Shown here: positions 12,928 through 26,040 of the stretch, in pieces | Position numbering within the stretch: position 1 is the first letter of the stretch | Layout of the letters: every line of letters starts with the position of its first letter | DNA from: Lama glama | Taxonomy: Eukaryota | Direction: 5' to 3' | NCBI GenBank assembly: GCA_028534125.1 | Contig: CM052818.1 | Coordinates: forward strand, 2,048,001 to 2,112,000 | DNA: 64,000 nt | The notes under the pieces: generated by a model | The model's database searches: none | What the model saw: only the letters and a program-made list of their open reading frames with translations | What the model was told of the DNA's origin: nothing | Translations under genes and position numbers: made by a program

Positions 12928-15094
12928 AGAGAACAAGGCATTGTGGAAGGAAAGAAGAGGGTCCAGTGTGCAGAGAATTGATTATCCTGAGGAAGAAATC
13001 AGAACCAAAGAAACCCATCACAGCAACAACAGAAACGAGACTTTACTGAGGTAAAGAAAGAGCTGAAAAGGAAGCAACATATTGGACACACTCCCAATAA
13101 CATTTCCAAAATTCAAAGACAAAGAACAACATGATGAAAAAGAAAATAAGTTACTTACAAAAGAAGAAAGGTCAACTTCGGACTTCTTCCCTGTTTGAAG
13201 ACACAATCTAACCAATAAAGAACTCAAGAAAAGGGAGGGTGCAACATAGGACCAGCAGTGAGCACTGTTAGACACAGGCTTGGGTCTAAGTAATCGTGGT
13301 TACTCCAGTCTCAAGGCAAATGACTGTCCATGTCCAAAGTTGGAGGAAGATACCTGGGACCTAGGTGACCATTCCTTTGTAAACTTCTATTCTAGATTCA
13401 TGAATTCTTTGCAGATAAAGAATTCCCTAAGCCATTAATATGCTACCTTGTTTTAAATCGTATTTACATAGCTGTATCCAAATGTAAAAACTGATTGAGT
13501 TGTAATACATACTTCAGATTTGTGCATTTGATTGCATATAAGTTTTCCCTCCATTAGAAATAAACAAGCAAAATGAAAAGACCAAAAAGTCCACTTATAT
13601 CAAAAGATTGAAATTCCCACCACTGGGAAGAAATACCATTAAATGGGTGCCTTTGAGCTGTCCACGTGACCTCTTTGTGCAAGTTAGAAAGTGGCATCTC
13701 AAGATGCTTTACTCCCATCACTTAAAAACTGAAGTAATATGTATACATGTCCTTGCTCACTATGATTAAATAATATCCCCTTGGCTATGGTGCACTTATG
13801 CAGTGCGCAACCTGCCCACGCTTACGGTTTCGCTTTGGCTGCCCTGCCTGCCCCAACCCCTTTCTCCCCAGCCTCTGCCTCTGCTTGGAGGGAGAGCCAA
13901 CTGCTGCTGGGCTGTCTTCTTGCCTGATGGGCAGATTTCATCAACACTGGCCCATTCTTTATTTCTAAACCTAATTTCTGGAGAAATAGAGTAGATTTCT
14001 CTGCATAGGGGAAGTTTGCCAAGGGATCTGCCATAAGTTTGGCATAAGAGTCCTCGGTACAATTGTCAGAAATGAGTGGATGGTCTCCACCTCTTACAGC
14101 TGCTCAGAAATCCCCTGTCTTTTCCTAAATCTACCCCACAGATCCTGGGGCCTCCTCTAAGTAGGGGATGAGCCTGTGGTTGGTCACCCCTGTCCTGTTT
14201 GTAACCAGGTACCCTAATGTCGGGAGCAAAGCGGTGGGCCCAGGCTCCGCAGAACCCCTCGTCTTTTGGGGAAGTCTGCTGACCAGGAATGGTCACTCCA
14301 CCCCACCTCCAGTTTCCCGGGCCTTCCTTAGTGCCACCTGCCCCCACCGTCTGTCCCCTAAGGGAAGCCAGTGCCTCCACCTTCTCGCTCTCTTTCTGAA
14401 TCAATGTTACTAATGATGAGAATTTGAGGACATGTTTATTCTCATGAGCTGCAGGATTTTATAGTGTTCACTTCCCTGGACGGGTCTAAAGCCCCAGTGT
14501 TCTTATCATAGAATTTGCTTGTTTATTTATTTCCTTCTTTGTTTGTATATAAATTCTTATCATAGAATTTGTTTATTTTTTGTTTATTTAGTTATTTATT
14601 TTATCTATCTCAAGGATAAATGAGATTAATTAACAAATTTTAACACTTTCCTTTGTAAAGAGGTCAGTGGCACTGGAATTCGGGTGCACCTTTCCCTAAA
14701 GGTGAATTTTACTAATTCTAACAAGTGAAATGCATCTAAGACTGATAAAATTCTTGTGAGAAATTACTCTGTCCCAGACTGTGCCAATTTGTTAGATGTC
14801 GCTATGGCAGAACACAGGGAGACTTGTTGCCCTCGAATGAGATAGCAGACTTATGACTGATGCTCACCATGGCCAATAATTTCAACCCCTAGAGAAGTTA
14901 CAAAAAGGGTCAGAGCACTTCTCGACATTGAAGCAAATGGCCGGCATGTGCAAAATTGTTTGTGTCCACCTGGTTCCACAAAACTTCAGGGTGGAAGAGA
15001 CCTACTCAGATCTTATTTGAAAGAGGGAAGGGAGGAAGGATGGGAGTGAGGAAAGCGTGCCAGCAGGTAGCAGTGGTAATACCTGTGGTTAAGG

Positions 15095-15293
15095 AACACT
15101 TGGCGTAAGCAATGAGGAAGCATTTTTTGTTGGCACAACCTAGGGAGGGAGATGCTACTGCCATCTAGTGAGTGGAGGCTGGGGATGCTGCTAAATATCC
15201 CACAATGCACAGGACTGCCCCCTTCTCCCCACCGCCCCCTGCCCTGGAAATTATCCAGCCCCAAATGTCAGTGGTGTTGAGGTTGAGAGACTG
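15095..15293. mobile_element. MER20 hAT-Charlie DNA transposon
   Basis: gcacaac...gatgctactgccatctagtg...gatgctgctaaatatcccacaatgcacaggac...ttatccagccccaaatgtcagtggtgttgaggttgaga. Confidence 0.85.
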
Positions 15294-15794
15294 TTTTAAA
15301 AGTCCAGAGTGAAGCCTAACTCAGAGAATGGGGGAGGCGCTGATGAAAGCCAGCACCAAGGCTGCCCTTGACTCCCTCTGCCAGCAACCTGGTCCACGTG
15401 GTCTGGTTGTGCAGTCCGCCCCCTTCAGCACCTGACAGTGCGGCTCTACACAAAATCTCTTGCGTCCCAACATCTGTGTAGAGGCCCTTTCTTCTTCTCA
15501 TCGTTGTGGTCAGAAACCTTAAGGGCATTCCAGCACCTTCCCACCTCACCACATGTCCTTTCGAGGGCTGGCAGCCCTCGTGCCTGCCGCAGATGGAAAG
15601 GCTTTTGTGGCTTTGAGACCATTAACGCCCCTACTGTCTGCCCTATCAAACTTTCTCTCAGTCTGAGCTCTCTGTCCCTGAAGCAAGCACCTGAAGTCAT
15701 AACCACAGTCCAAAGGTCTCCCCCTCATCCTTCTGGGTTTGTCAGTCCCCACATATGGCCCTGGTTTCTGCAGGATCTATGTATCCATTAGGAA

Positions 15795-16030
15795 CGGGAC
15801 ACAGTGCTAAGGGCTCACGGTAATTTTAGGAGCTCATAAAAATGGTTAAATTGTATCTACTTTTAAAATCAGAAGAAAAATAATATGATAATAATGACAT
15901 ATAGTAATCAAATTAATCTTTATACAAATGCAATTGTAAACTATATTTATATATGTATGTATGTACATTCTATTGAAGAGGTTCATGAAGGCAGAGGTGC
16001 CTGGGGTCTATGAAAGTCACGCGGGGTCCT
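15795..16030. mobile_element. hAT MITE, MER96B-like
   Basis: acagtgctaagggctcacg...ttttaaaatcagaagaaaaataatatgataat...ggtgcctggggtctatgaaagtc. Confidence 0.5.
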
Positions 16031-16484
16031 CGGTCTCTGGAAGCGCATACCCAGTGTCACAGCCCCAGGGTCACTGAAGTCTGGCAGCAGGTGAATCAGG
16101 GTCACTGAAACTAAAGGAAACCTGCCAGGGACCTCCCTTCCCCTTCCAGGAAAGACTCTAATTTTTAAAGAAATTGTTTATCTGCCAAGGCCTGCTGTCT
16201 TCACCAGGAAATCTCTTAGATTTCATTAGTGAGTTGACATAGCCCTTCCTGACCTTGGTTCTCTGTCTCAGGCACCAAGATTGGAGACAGCCGCCCCCCC
16301 ACAGGTTGCAAATCAAGCTCAGAGAGCTTCCTGGCTTCCCTCCAGCTTTCAGGTGAATTCTAGGGCCCCGGGAAGCTCCCATGGGCTAGTCCCTCCTCCA
16401 GGCACCAAGTGACTCAGAGTTTAGCTTGGTAGTAAGGATGCACTCTTGGATGACGATTTAATCTGTACCATGTCTCAATATTGC

Positions 16485-16984
16485 TGTTACCGAGTCCAAG
16501 CTCATGCTATTTGCTGCACAATAAGCCAGTAAATTGAGAGGCAAGGTGTCAGGGCAAGGAATAGCAACTTTATTCAGAAAGTCAGCAGACTGAGGAGATG
16601 GTGGACTACTGTCCCAAAGAACCATCTTACCCGAGCTAGAATTCAGGCTTCTTTTATACTAAAAGAGGGAGTGAGGTGGTTGGTTTTTATAAACTTCTTG
16701 GTGCCAAAATCCTTTGTTCTTGCATTTGTCCACATGGGTCCGGTCACGGTGTTCCTACAAACCTCCAACAAGACAAATGTTATTCTCTGTTCTGCAACTT
16801 TTTTATCTCCAGATGAATGTTATCCTCTTAAAGGTCGGAGCCTTGAGAATGGGCTATCCTGTATATTTCAGGCTATAGGCACCGTTCTTTTCGTTATTGA
16901 CTTGTAGCAAAAGTAATAGAATACAGAGGTTCAAGTAAAAGAAATAAATCCAGTATGGAGCCAGATTTGTTCTCCCCTATCACA
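16485..16984 (-). mobile_element. Solo ERV1 LTR (cetartiodactyl MER41-like family)
   Basis: TG...CA termini, 500 bp, 4-bp near-TSD ttgc/ctgc, antisense AATAAA (tttatt, about 16568); minus-strand start tgtgataggggagaacaaatctggctccatactggat resembles the recalled artiodactyl MER41-like LTR. Confidence 0.75.
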
Positions 16985-17149
16985 CTGCCCTTAGGATTAA
17001 AAACCCTGAGGAAATCCCCAAAGTGTGCCCCAGATAGGAACTGTCTTCCCCAGACAGCATCGCTTCTGGTTTGGTACCAACTTGAAGCCAGGGAGGGTGG
17101 AGGAGGTGGGTGGAAATAAAGAAATACAGTGCATGTAGCAAATTAAAGC

Positions 17150-17988
17150 CATAAGTAATGCGGCAAAAACTCCAAGAGGAACTGTAAACAACATGAATGA
17201 AGGATGACTATCTATGACAAAAATATGAAAATAAATCCAATTATATGCCCATCACAGAAGACACATCTCTACCAAAGTGGAGCGGAAGACTTAGAAGTGA
17301 TAGGATGAGTAACAGAATGCCAAACAAATGAGGAAAAAGAAAAAGAGCAAAAGCCACAGGAATATCAAACAAAGCAATTCGACTGGACAAAAGTTCACTT
17401 GATAAATGTTAATGGATACATCTGCTCCAGTACGCACAAGGCTTTAGGCACAATTAACACACTGTCGAACTTGAAAGAGCAAAATCTGCTAAATACGCAA
17501 GGAGAGATTGACAGGAACAGAGCATTATGGGAGACGTAACACGTCCATGTCAACATTTAACTAACGAAATAATCACAAAAGCAAGAGTGCAGAGCGTCTG
17601 GATGGTGCAGCTAATAACGAAGGATTAGTATACTTACAATCCTCACATCCTCCACACAGAACGTACCTCCCTTTCAAGCATTCAAATTACGTTCAGAACG
17701 ATCATATTTTAGGCCACAAGGAATGCTTCAAAATAAAATCCCCAAAGTAGAAACCGTACGGACCATATTTTTAAACCACATCGCAATAAAGCTAGATATT
17801 AATAACAAAACTTGAAACAAAAAAAAAATTGCAACTACTTAGGAATGTACATGCAGTCTCCTGAATAACTCTTGGGATAAAGAGAAAATCGATTCTGCAA
17901 TTACTGATTTTTAAGGAAATAATGTCAACGAAAAAATCAATATTGCCAACTGTATACATACTGCAAGATCACCATTATGTAAAAACCA

Positions 17989-18020
<32 letters not shown>

Positions 18021-18070
18021 AATATATATAAAGAAAGTGCATCAAAGTAGCAACAATGCTCGTTTCTGGG
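17150..18070 (+). mobile_element. Old L1 ORF2 (endonuclease region) remnant
   Basis: caaggagagattgacaggaac...tcatattttaggccacaagg...accacatcgcaataaagctagatattaataac...ctcctgaataactcttggg. Confidence 0.75.
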
Positions 18071-18139
18071 TAAACCTGAATTCGTATTAGGAACTGGGGA
18101 CCAGACACTCCTTATTTTTTATTCCTAGCACCTGGGAGG

Positions 18140-18290
18140 TAAGAATTAATGCCTACTTTTACAGATGAGAAAAACAAGGTTCAGAGTGTGTAACGCTTTG
18201 GAAAACATCACATAGTTAATGAACACAGAGTCAGAATTAAGACCAGGTCTGATGTTATATACTCAGGTACTCTTCCCTCAAGTACCACGT
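18140..18290 (-). mobile_element. MIR SINE
   Basis: cctacttttacagatgagaaaaacaaggttcagag...atcacatagttaatg...ccaggtctg. Confidence 0.7.
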
Positions 18291-20534
18291 TTCCCTGCCC
18301 TGGGGCCCAGTTTTCTCCAAGTAAAAGTAGGAGGTTTTCCGAGATGGTTTCTGAGAGACCCTTCCGGCTCAGCCCTTCTGGGACTCCAAGAAACAAAAGA
18401 GGAGGCAACATCGCCCTCAGTTTGCTTCCACTCTGGCTGGGAAGATAAGGTTTGCAACCTAGGAGAACGCACCTGCAGGGGAACATGAATCATACGGGCT
18501 GGGGTACAAAAGCTCCCATCTAATCTTATCAGGCATCATTTATTAGGCACCACCTGTATGTGTTGGCACCAGGGGTGTGACAGGTGGGCATCGCGGAGGT
18601 GGAAAGCGAGTGGCCATCTGCCCTCCGAGGGCTTTAGAGAGGAGCTGGCACCGCTTCTCAGCCACACGAGGGCCACGTGGCACCCCAGAGCATCAGAGGA
18701 AACAGGATCGGCGCTGGCCTTGGCAGGTGGATGGGCGCAGAGACGGGAAGCGGCTCCAGCTGGACCAGTAACAGGGACAAAGGCTTGGGAACTGCCATGA
18801 GCGCAGCACTGACATGCCCCAGCCCTGAGCGGCGCTAAGACTGACTGTGCTTTCCTCTCACTGGGAAGGCAGATGATCGGCTTCGCTTGTTTGGGGTACG
18901 GCCATGCTCTCACCATCACGGGGATCGCGGCCCAGCTCCTACCCACCTTCTCGAAGACACCTGAGAAGAACGCGGTGTCTCTAACATCCCCCAACTCTCC
19001 TCTTCTTCCCAACATCTCCACCACATTCACATCACATGGTGCTTCAGACAGTGCTCGGGTCTGAGGCACGCTTTCAGAAAATGCAATTTGGGGCAACACA
19101 TTTGATGAGGTTAAAAGATTCAAAACAGCTTGTGATCCTGTTGGCAGCTGAGGGTGGAGCTGTGTGGGTGCTCAGGGCCCAGAGCCCCGTCCGCAGGGCC
19201 ACTGTACGGCCTGGGAGTCGTACTCCAGAGGCGGGGCCTCCCCTGCCCTTCATGCCTCTGGGCTGCTTTTGAGCAACCAAGTCAGGCCCCGCCTTCTCCA
19301 TCAGATGGCGTTGCCCCTGGGCAAGGATGGTGACTCCATCCACCTGGGGCCCCCCGAGGAGGCGTGTGGTCTGATTCTCCCAAACTCTTTGGTCTGCTTT
19401 CACCCACAGCTTCCTGACATTTTGGAGAAAAGGACTTAGCATTGCAACTCCCAGACCAGGAAGGCTGGAACATTAGCTTCATGGAATGTTAGAGATCCTC
19501 CAGCCCAGCATTTCCCAACCACCAGTCCACGGACAGGCACGGGGCCAGGGCAGATTTTTACTGGTCTGCACAATTTTTCCTCCCCCGCACTTCTTTCCTC
19601 CCAAACCTTACATACGGAAGCACATCTGAGTGGCTCCAGCCTCCACAGACGGCAGGGAGTCTGGCTGGGACTCCCGGAGGCTGGGGCACTTGTGGGGCAC
19701 TGTTGCCTTGGTGCTGAGCCCAGAGCCTGTCTCGCCCTCCAGCATGTCTAGGAGTCTGTTGGGGCCATCCACCATCCCCCCTCCTGCCTGCAGCCCCTGG
19801 GGCAAGTCAACATTCACCTTACCTGCAGGGTTTGCGTAAGCTGTTCCCACAGCCAGAGACAGCATTTCCCCTTCTCTGCTAGGCAAATTGCTCTTCACCT
19901 GGCATCACCCCTCGTGGGAACCTTCTCTTGACCAGCCTCCCTTCTCAGAGGCTTGGTTGGGTGCCCCTGTTCCGTAATCCCCCTAGTACAGTACCCACCC
20001 CTCTCGCTGCACACACAAACCCACACAACTCAGCCTCTGTGACTGTGTGGGACTAGTTTCTCTGCCGTCCCCAGCAGACATAAACTCCTTAAGGGCAGCC
20101 CCCTGGGCTCCTCCATCACTGGCTTCTCAGGACTGGGCATGGTGCTTGGCATCTGGTGGGCGCCTAGTAAAAATTTCACTGAGCAAAGGACTGGGTGGAT
20201 GGATGGATGGATGAATGGATGGAGAAATGGATAGTTGAAAGAGGGTCTGAACTGTGTTGTTTATGCTCCAGTGGGATGGAGGAGGGAGCAAGAGATTCTG
20301 GCTAAGACCCAGGCAGGATGGTGTGTCCACCCCTGTTTCTCTATTGCATGCCAGATGACAGGTATGTCCTGCATCAGAGTGGAAAGATTTGAGGCTCACA
20401 TGCCTGTGATTCTCTCCCCTTTGTCCTCTTCAAGAAAGTGTGACAGCAGCAGGAGGCTCAGATTCAGGGGTGTCTGGAGGTCCAGAAGTGGTGGTGGCTT
20501 TCTTGATGACTGTGGTCTCAATATTCAGAATAGG

Positions 20535-20536
<2 letters not shown>

Positions 20537-20586
<50 letters not shown>
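20537..20586. repeat. (TG)n microsatellite
   Basis: Directly visible. Confidence 0.97.
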
Positions 20587-20590
<4 letters not shown>

Positions 20591-21099
20591 GGCAAGGTGT
20601 ATGGGGCAGGAGAGGACTTCAAGCCATCCTTTTCTCCCAAGCTAGCTTCAGGCCGCTGTCAACCCTTAATCACCCACCCCTGCCATCCAGTCCACCTGAT
20701 CCATTGTTTCATCTGCTAAGACACTTCTCGCTCCAAGGTGCACAGTTGGCAGCTCAGAATGGAGATCACAAATAGGAACACACACATTCACACACTTGCG
20801 AACATACACACAGGCTTACACCCTCACACGCACTCATAGGCTCACGCACGTGGACCCTCTGTTTCTAATCAGCTGGGAGTCAAATGGGGATCAAAGCCCA
20901 GAGTCAGAATCCCAGTAATTCCCAAGTGCTGTGTTCCCGGGTCAGTGGATCAGGACCAGCGCGGGATGTCTCACCTCTTACCTGCAGTGACCTGACCCCT
21001 GGCTGAGGGGTCCTGGGGACATCAGCCTCTCGTCACAGTCTCCCCTCACCTGAGCCCCACGCTCCCTGGAGGACGCCGTTAAGTTAACGAGCACTATCT

Positions 21100-21260
21100 T
21101 TTTGGTTTCCTTATAGCTTTATTGAGGTACATTTTCAAGCCATGACGTTCACTCATAATGCAGCTTGGTCACTGACTTTCGTAAATTCACAGAGCTGGGC
21201 AATCACCTCCTCAACCCAGTCGTACAAGGTTCCTATCCCTCCCATCAGGCTTCTCAGGTT
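21100..21260 (-). mobile_element. Old L1 3' end fragment
   Basis: atagctttattgaggtac...ttcgtaaattcacagagctgggcaatcacc. Confidence 0.6.
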
Positions 21261-24200
21261 GGGGAACCCTCTCTCTCCTTCTAGTTTATTAAGCATTTTC
21301 ATGACAAATGGGAGCACCTTGTTTGGGAGACTAACGAGGTTCTTAGTCATTTATATCGTAGTGTAGATCAACTTAATACACTACTTTTATAAATGCATTT
21401 AATTCATTAAGCAATTGTTTAGTAGTGTTTCCAGCACTGGCGTGGCTGGTGAGAGCCTGAAGTCCCCTGGGGCCCTCAGCCAGCAGATGGGTCATTTCCC
21501 AGTGGCTCTGCCTCAACTCAGGTACAAGGCAGGACATCGTGCTCTGCTCTCTGATGCAGTTACATCAGGGAACCCCACGCTTGGGAACAGAGGGAGGCAT
21601 TGAGAGCCCATTCCCAAAGAACTGAAGTTTTGTAGAGATAATTACAGTAGTTACACAATCACCATGATCCATTTGGGAAAGCATTTAGTGGGTTAATGAA
21701 GGTGTAAACGACAGAGTGACATTAAGAGGCTAGGATGCTCTCTTCAGGAGAGGGGCCCCTGGGGCGCCAGCCAGCCCAGACACTTCCCCTGCATCCTCGG
21801 GGGCCTTAGCTGCTCTCAGCACTTTGGCCAGCTCTGATGGACAGTGCTGCCTACCCAAGAGGAGTCAGGGCAGAAGACTCCCCCAAGCTCAGACCAAGGC
21901 AAGATCTGCCTTTAGACATTGTCACAGGGGAGAGCTGGGCCACCTCCCTTTGACCGTGACCTGACGAGACCCTCTGCTATGGCCCCAGAAACCCTCGGCC
22001 AAGCCAGCTGGTCCCCTCTTCCTCCTTCCTCCGGCTCTCCCTCTCCTCCAGGCCTTGGTCCCATCTTATTTTTTTCTGCTATCCCTTGCCCCCAGCCCTG
22101 CTCTCATTTCCTCTTTCCACAGTGCAAGGGAATTTCGGCTGAAACAGCCCGTGGCGTGTGGTGGGCCTGGGGGGGCATCCAGAGGTCACTGGAGCTGGGA
22201 GGGCCCCAGGCGGGGGCTGAGCAATGTGTCACTGCCAGGGCTTGGCAAGGGCTGCAGCCCTGGGGGGTTGGGAGCAAGGGAAGCCTGTTTGGGGGGGGTG
22301 GGGGGAGGCAGAAGGTAGCCAGGAGGCCTGGAAGCTGCCAGAGGAGAAGACCTGAGGTGGGGGTGGGGAGGCCATTTGCACTTAGAAGGGAGATCCTTGC
22401 CAGCCACTTCCTGTCCAAGCTCCCAGGGTCTTTGGTAGGGTCTCCTGGCTTGAGAGGTACCACCCTAGCCAAGAATTCTTCTTTCTTTCTTTTTTTTATT
22501 TCACTAAATTAAATAATAGAGGGACTGTGTCTATCTCTGCTTCCATGTAGCCAAGTCTGAGCCTCGGCTGATCCTGGAAGCCAACCAGGTATGTGGAAAG
22601 AGGAAAAACCTACAGCCAAAGAAAATGAAGCGATGCCTTGAAGGCCAGATGGAGGCCGTGGGCAGGGATCTACAGGAGGCCCTGGACTCGGGGGCCAAAG
22701 GAAAAGGGGTCCTGTCTGGTCCTGTCTGAGCAGGAGTGAAGGCAAGTTGGGGGTTGGTCTCCCCACAGTGGGCTGCTAGGGAACGATCAGCAGGAGGTTA
22801 GAGCCGGAATATGGGTGGCCTGAGCGTGGATGGAGATTCCCGAGGTTCCCTGAGGAGCCCACGGGGAGCAGGCTTCCTCTAAGCCTGATGGAGGGCAGGA
22901 GGGAGAGGGTGGTGACTGGCCCAGTGGGAGGACAGGGATCATTCGACGCTTGGACTTGCTCCCCAGTCTTGTGTCCCTGCTTGTTCTAGCCCAGAGCTCA
23001 CTTTTGCCCACAGCTTCTTTCTCTCACCTCCCCTTGATCCCCCCTCCCCACACCTGCATGAGTCCTGGAGAAACGCTAGGCCTGGGTCCCAAGAAGGAAA
23101 ATAGGGTGGTGGGTCAGGGGAGGGAGAGGTGACTCTGCCCTACTGACTTTTTCTGGAAAAAAGGAGACAAACCCACTGCTCCTCTGCCTTTCACCTTCTC
23201 TCCATGCCCATGCTTCTTTCTGGTTGGGGTGAGAGCCCTGAAATACCACAAGGGCAAAGCCCCTAACCAGTCCTGCTGTGTGTACCCCAGGCACCTTCAG
23301 AGCCATTCCCCACAGCCCAACCAGAGCCCTCTTCCTCCTCTCAGGTACTAACACCTACCTTGCATTAAAAGCCCCCATGTTTCCCCTTAGTTCTCAGGAT
23401 AGAGGTCAAGTTCCCAAGTATGTCCCCAAAGGTCCTCCTGACAGAGCACCCTCCTACCACTCCAATACCATGTCCTGACACCCACACCTTGCCCGTGTCC
23501 CTGTATCCACTTCACAACCCTTGTAATTCCCAAGTGTTCCGCACTCTCCCTGCCCCCACACTGCCTGCTCCCTCTGCTGCGACAGTACCTCCTTCACGCA
23601 CCTGGTTAAGGCCTCTCACCCCAGCACCAAGGACAGCGCCTGGCACCAAGTAGGTGCCAATGAATAATGATGAATGAATGAGTCTTTCAGACTCTGCCTT
23701 CCCTTCCTTCCTTCAGGCCAGGTTAGGTACCTCCGACTGGGTTAGGAGTCCCTAGCTTTTATCACATTGTGCTGAAATAGCCTGGTCTCTTGTGCAGATG
23801 ACAGGATTTTAGCATCCTCACTGATGTACTTTTTATCCCATGGCTTTCCCTCGTTGAAGCTAGATTGTGAGCTATGCATGCATTCAGGAGAGGCTGCTTC
23901 AGTAGAAAGGGAGAAATATATGTTAGAAAATTCAGAGCATAGACTCTGAAAGGATGGAAGAAATAATGAGTGCAGATAAGATGCCCCCAGATTAAAGTGA
24001 AGGGAGTGAGAGGGAAATATGAAGAGAGGAGTGGGGCCAGAATAGAAGGAAGACATGGCACCAAAAAGAACCATGTGTCCAGGGGTGGGATCAGCATCTG
24101 GAAATGCCTGGTGCTTTGATAGGCAACGTTTATTACCAACAGCAGGCAGCCATGTGGGAACCGAGTTGGTACAACCTCAAACTCCCTGATCTCCACTTGA

Positions 24201-24579
24201 GTGGACCCCCTAGGATGTTGTCCCTGGTGTCTGGACAGCACCTGCTATGGGCAGCAGCCAGAATGTTGCCTATTGATCATCCAGAGAAAGGGGAACTTCC
24301 CTCTGTGCTCTGTGTCCTCAATTTCCATTCAACTCATGCAGGGAGGACCCCCACCAACACTGCAATATCCCAGGGATGTGGGGCTCTGAAGGAGAGGCAG
24401 GGATGGGAAATTCCCCATACCCATTTCACACCTGACAGAACAGAGCCCACTCAAGATGCTCCTTCATGGAGGGCAGCTGGGAAGAATGCACATCTCTGTT
24501 ATACTCACCCCTCTTCCACCCCAGGCCAGGAGCCCAGACCAGCTGCATCCCCAGCTCTTGGCATACTCCCTGGCACATT

Positions 24580-25055
24580 GTAGCTTCTCAGTAAACCTGA
24601 GGCAGGTGTTCTCCTTTTCCTTACTAACAGAAACTCAAATCTATTCAGGGAAGCAGTGTGCTTTATTAAAAGTATTCAGCTTCCCAGACTCCCTTGCAGC
24701 TAGGGTCATGTAAAGACAGTGTTCTGCATAATAAAACTGAAGTGGGAGAATATAATATAACGTATGTAGTGGGTGGGGCTTCTGGGAAGGCTTATTGAAG
24801 GGGCAGACTCAACTGGCATGTTCCTTTTCAACTTTTGTCCTTCATCCTTACCCTTCACCTTTCATCTCTCTTCCTGACCGGAACATGGACATGATGCTCA
24901 AAGGTACAGGAACCAGTTGGCAACAATGAGGGAAAATTTTGTACACTAAGGATAGCAAAGCAGAATGGTAGAGAAATCCTGAGTCTCTGATACCATGGTG
25001 TGGAGGCCAGACAATGTCACCCCTGGATTGCCTATCTTTGAACTTCTTGGTACTT
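24580..25055 (+). mobile_element. Old ERVL-MaLR/ERVL LTR (MLT1-like)
   Basis: ttcccagactcccttgcagctaggg...ttctgggaagg...ggaacatggacatgatg...cctggattgcctatctttgaacttctt. Confidence 0.6.
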
Positions 25056-25058
25056 CAC

Positions 25059-25480
25059 GTGTCAGTTAGCAACTACTGCAACAGTGCTTCACAACAGATC
25101 ATTCCAAAAGTCAATGGCTTAAGAAACCATCATTCATTCTCATGCATGCACCTGAGGATCAACTGGATTTGGCTCCAAGCTACAGCTGGGTCAGCTTCAT
25201 GCACATCTCATCCCCTTAGAACGAGTACATAACCCAGAGCATGTCTTCCCATAATGAAAGTAGAGTAACAGGGAGACAAGCTCAACTGTGCGAGCACATG
25301 TGAAATCTCTATTTGCATTACATCTGCTAATATCCCATTAACCAAAGTATGTCACATAAAGGAGCCCACAGAATTGAGGGCTGGCAAAGTGTATTATTCC
25401 TCTAGCAGAAAGAGCCACAGATTCACCAAACAAAGGGCCTGGATATAGAGACAAGTGAAGATTGCGGCCAATAATTAGAA
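25059..25480 (-). mobile_element. MLT1-type LTR
   Basis: tgtcagttagc...ccaaaagtcaatggcttaag...catctgctaatatcccattaaccaaag...tcacat. Confidence 0.65.
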
Positions 25481-25494
25481 AACACTAGCTGAAT

Positions 25495-25720
25495 AAATAA
25501 ATGTTGAGTGCTTATTATGTCAGGCACCATTAGGGGCTTTGTGTCCATTAATCATCCCGTTTAACCTTTGCAACAACTAATATGAAACAGACTTTATTAT
25601 ATTTACTTTGCAGCTCTTAAAAAACTATTACTCAAAGAGGTTAAGTAATATATCACTTTTGAAAGGCTGGGGTGGAGTCTCATCCCTAGTTCTGACCTTG
25701 CCAAAGCCTGTTCTCACCCA
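25495..25720 (-). mobile_element. MIR SINE
   Basis: ttgagtgcttattatgtcaggcac...tttaacctttgcaacaac...agaggttaagtaat. Confidence 0.7.
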
Positions 25721-25978
25721 TCACAGCATGTGCCCTGATTTTCCCAGGCATCTTCCGAGAAAGAAAGAGGGCCTGACTTGGGAAACCAGCCCTGGGAAGA
25801 CTGTCAGCTTGGTAACTTGTCACTACATATCTAATTGAAGGCCAAGTAGATGCCAAAGTATGGGTGGAAGATGGACAAAGAAGCTTCCGAGAATCCAGAC
25901 TGTGTTGGTTGCAAGAAACAGAAACTTAGTTTGGATGATTTAAGCAAAGAAAGTCTACTCATACCACAATAAATGTGT

Positions 25979-26040
25979 AAGAAAAGAAAAGAAAAGAAAA
26001 GAAAAGAAAAGAAAAGAAAAGAAAAAAAAGAAAAGAAAAA
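25979..26040. repeat. (GAAAA)n repeat within an MLT1-like remnant
   Basis: Directly visible; flanked by ggttgcaagaaacagaaac. Confidence 0.9.

Noticed and set aside
18536..19123. 195-aa minus-strand ORF
   Set aside because: No domain similarity, no supporting exon structure, and overlapping equally long chance ORFs on both strands.
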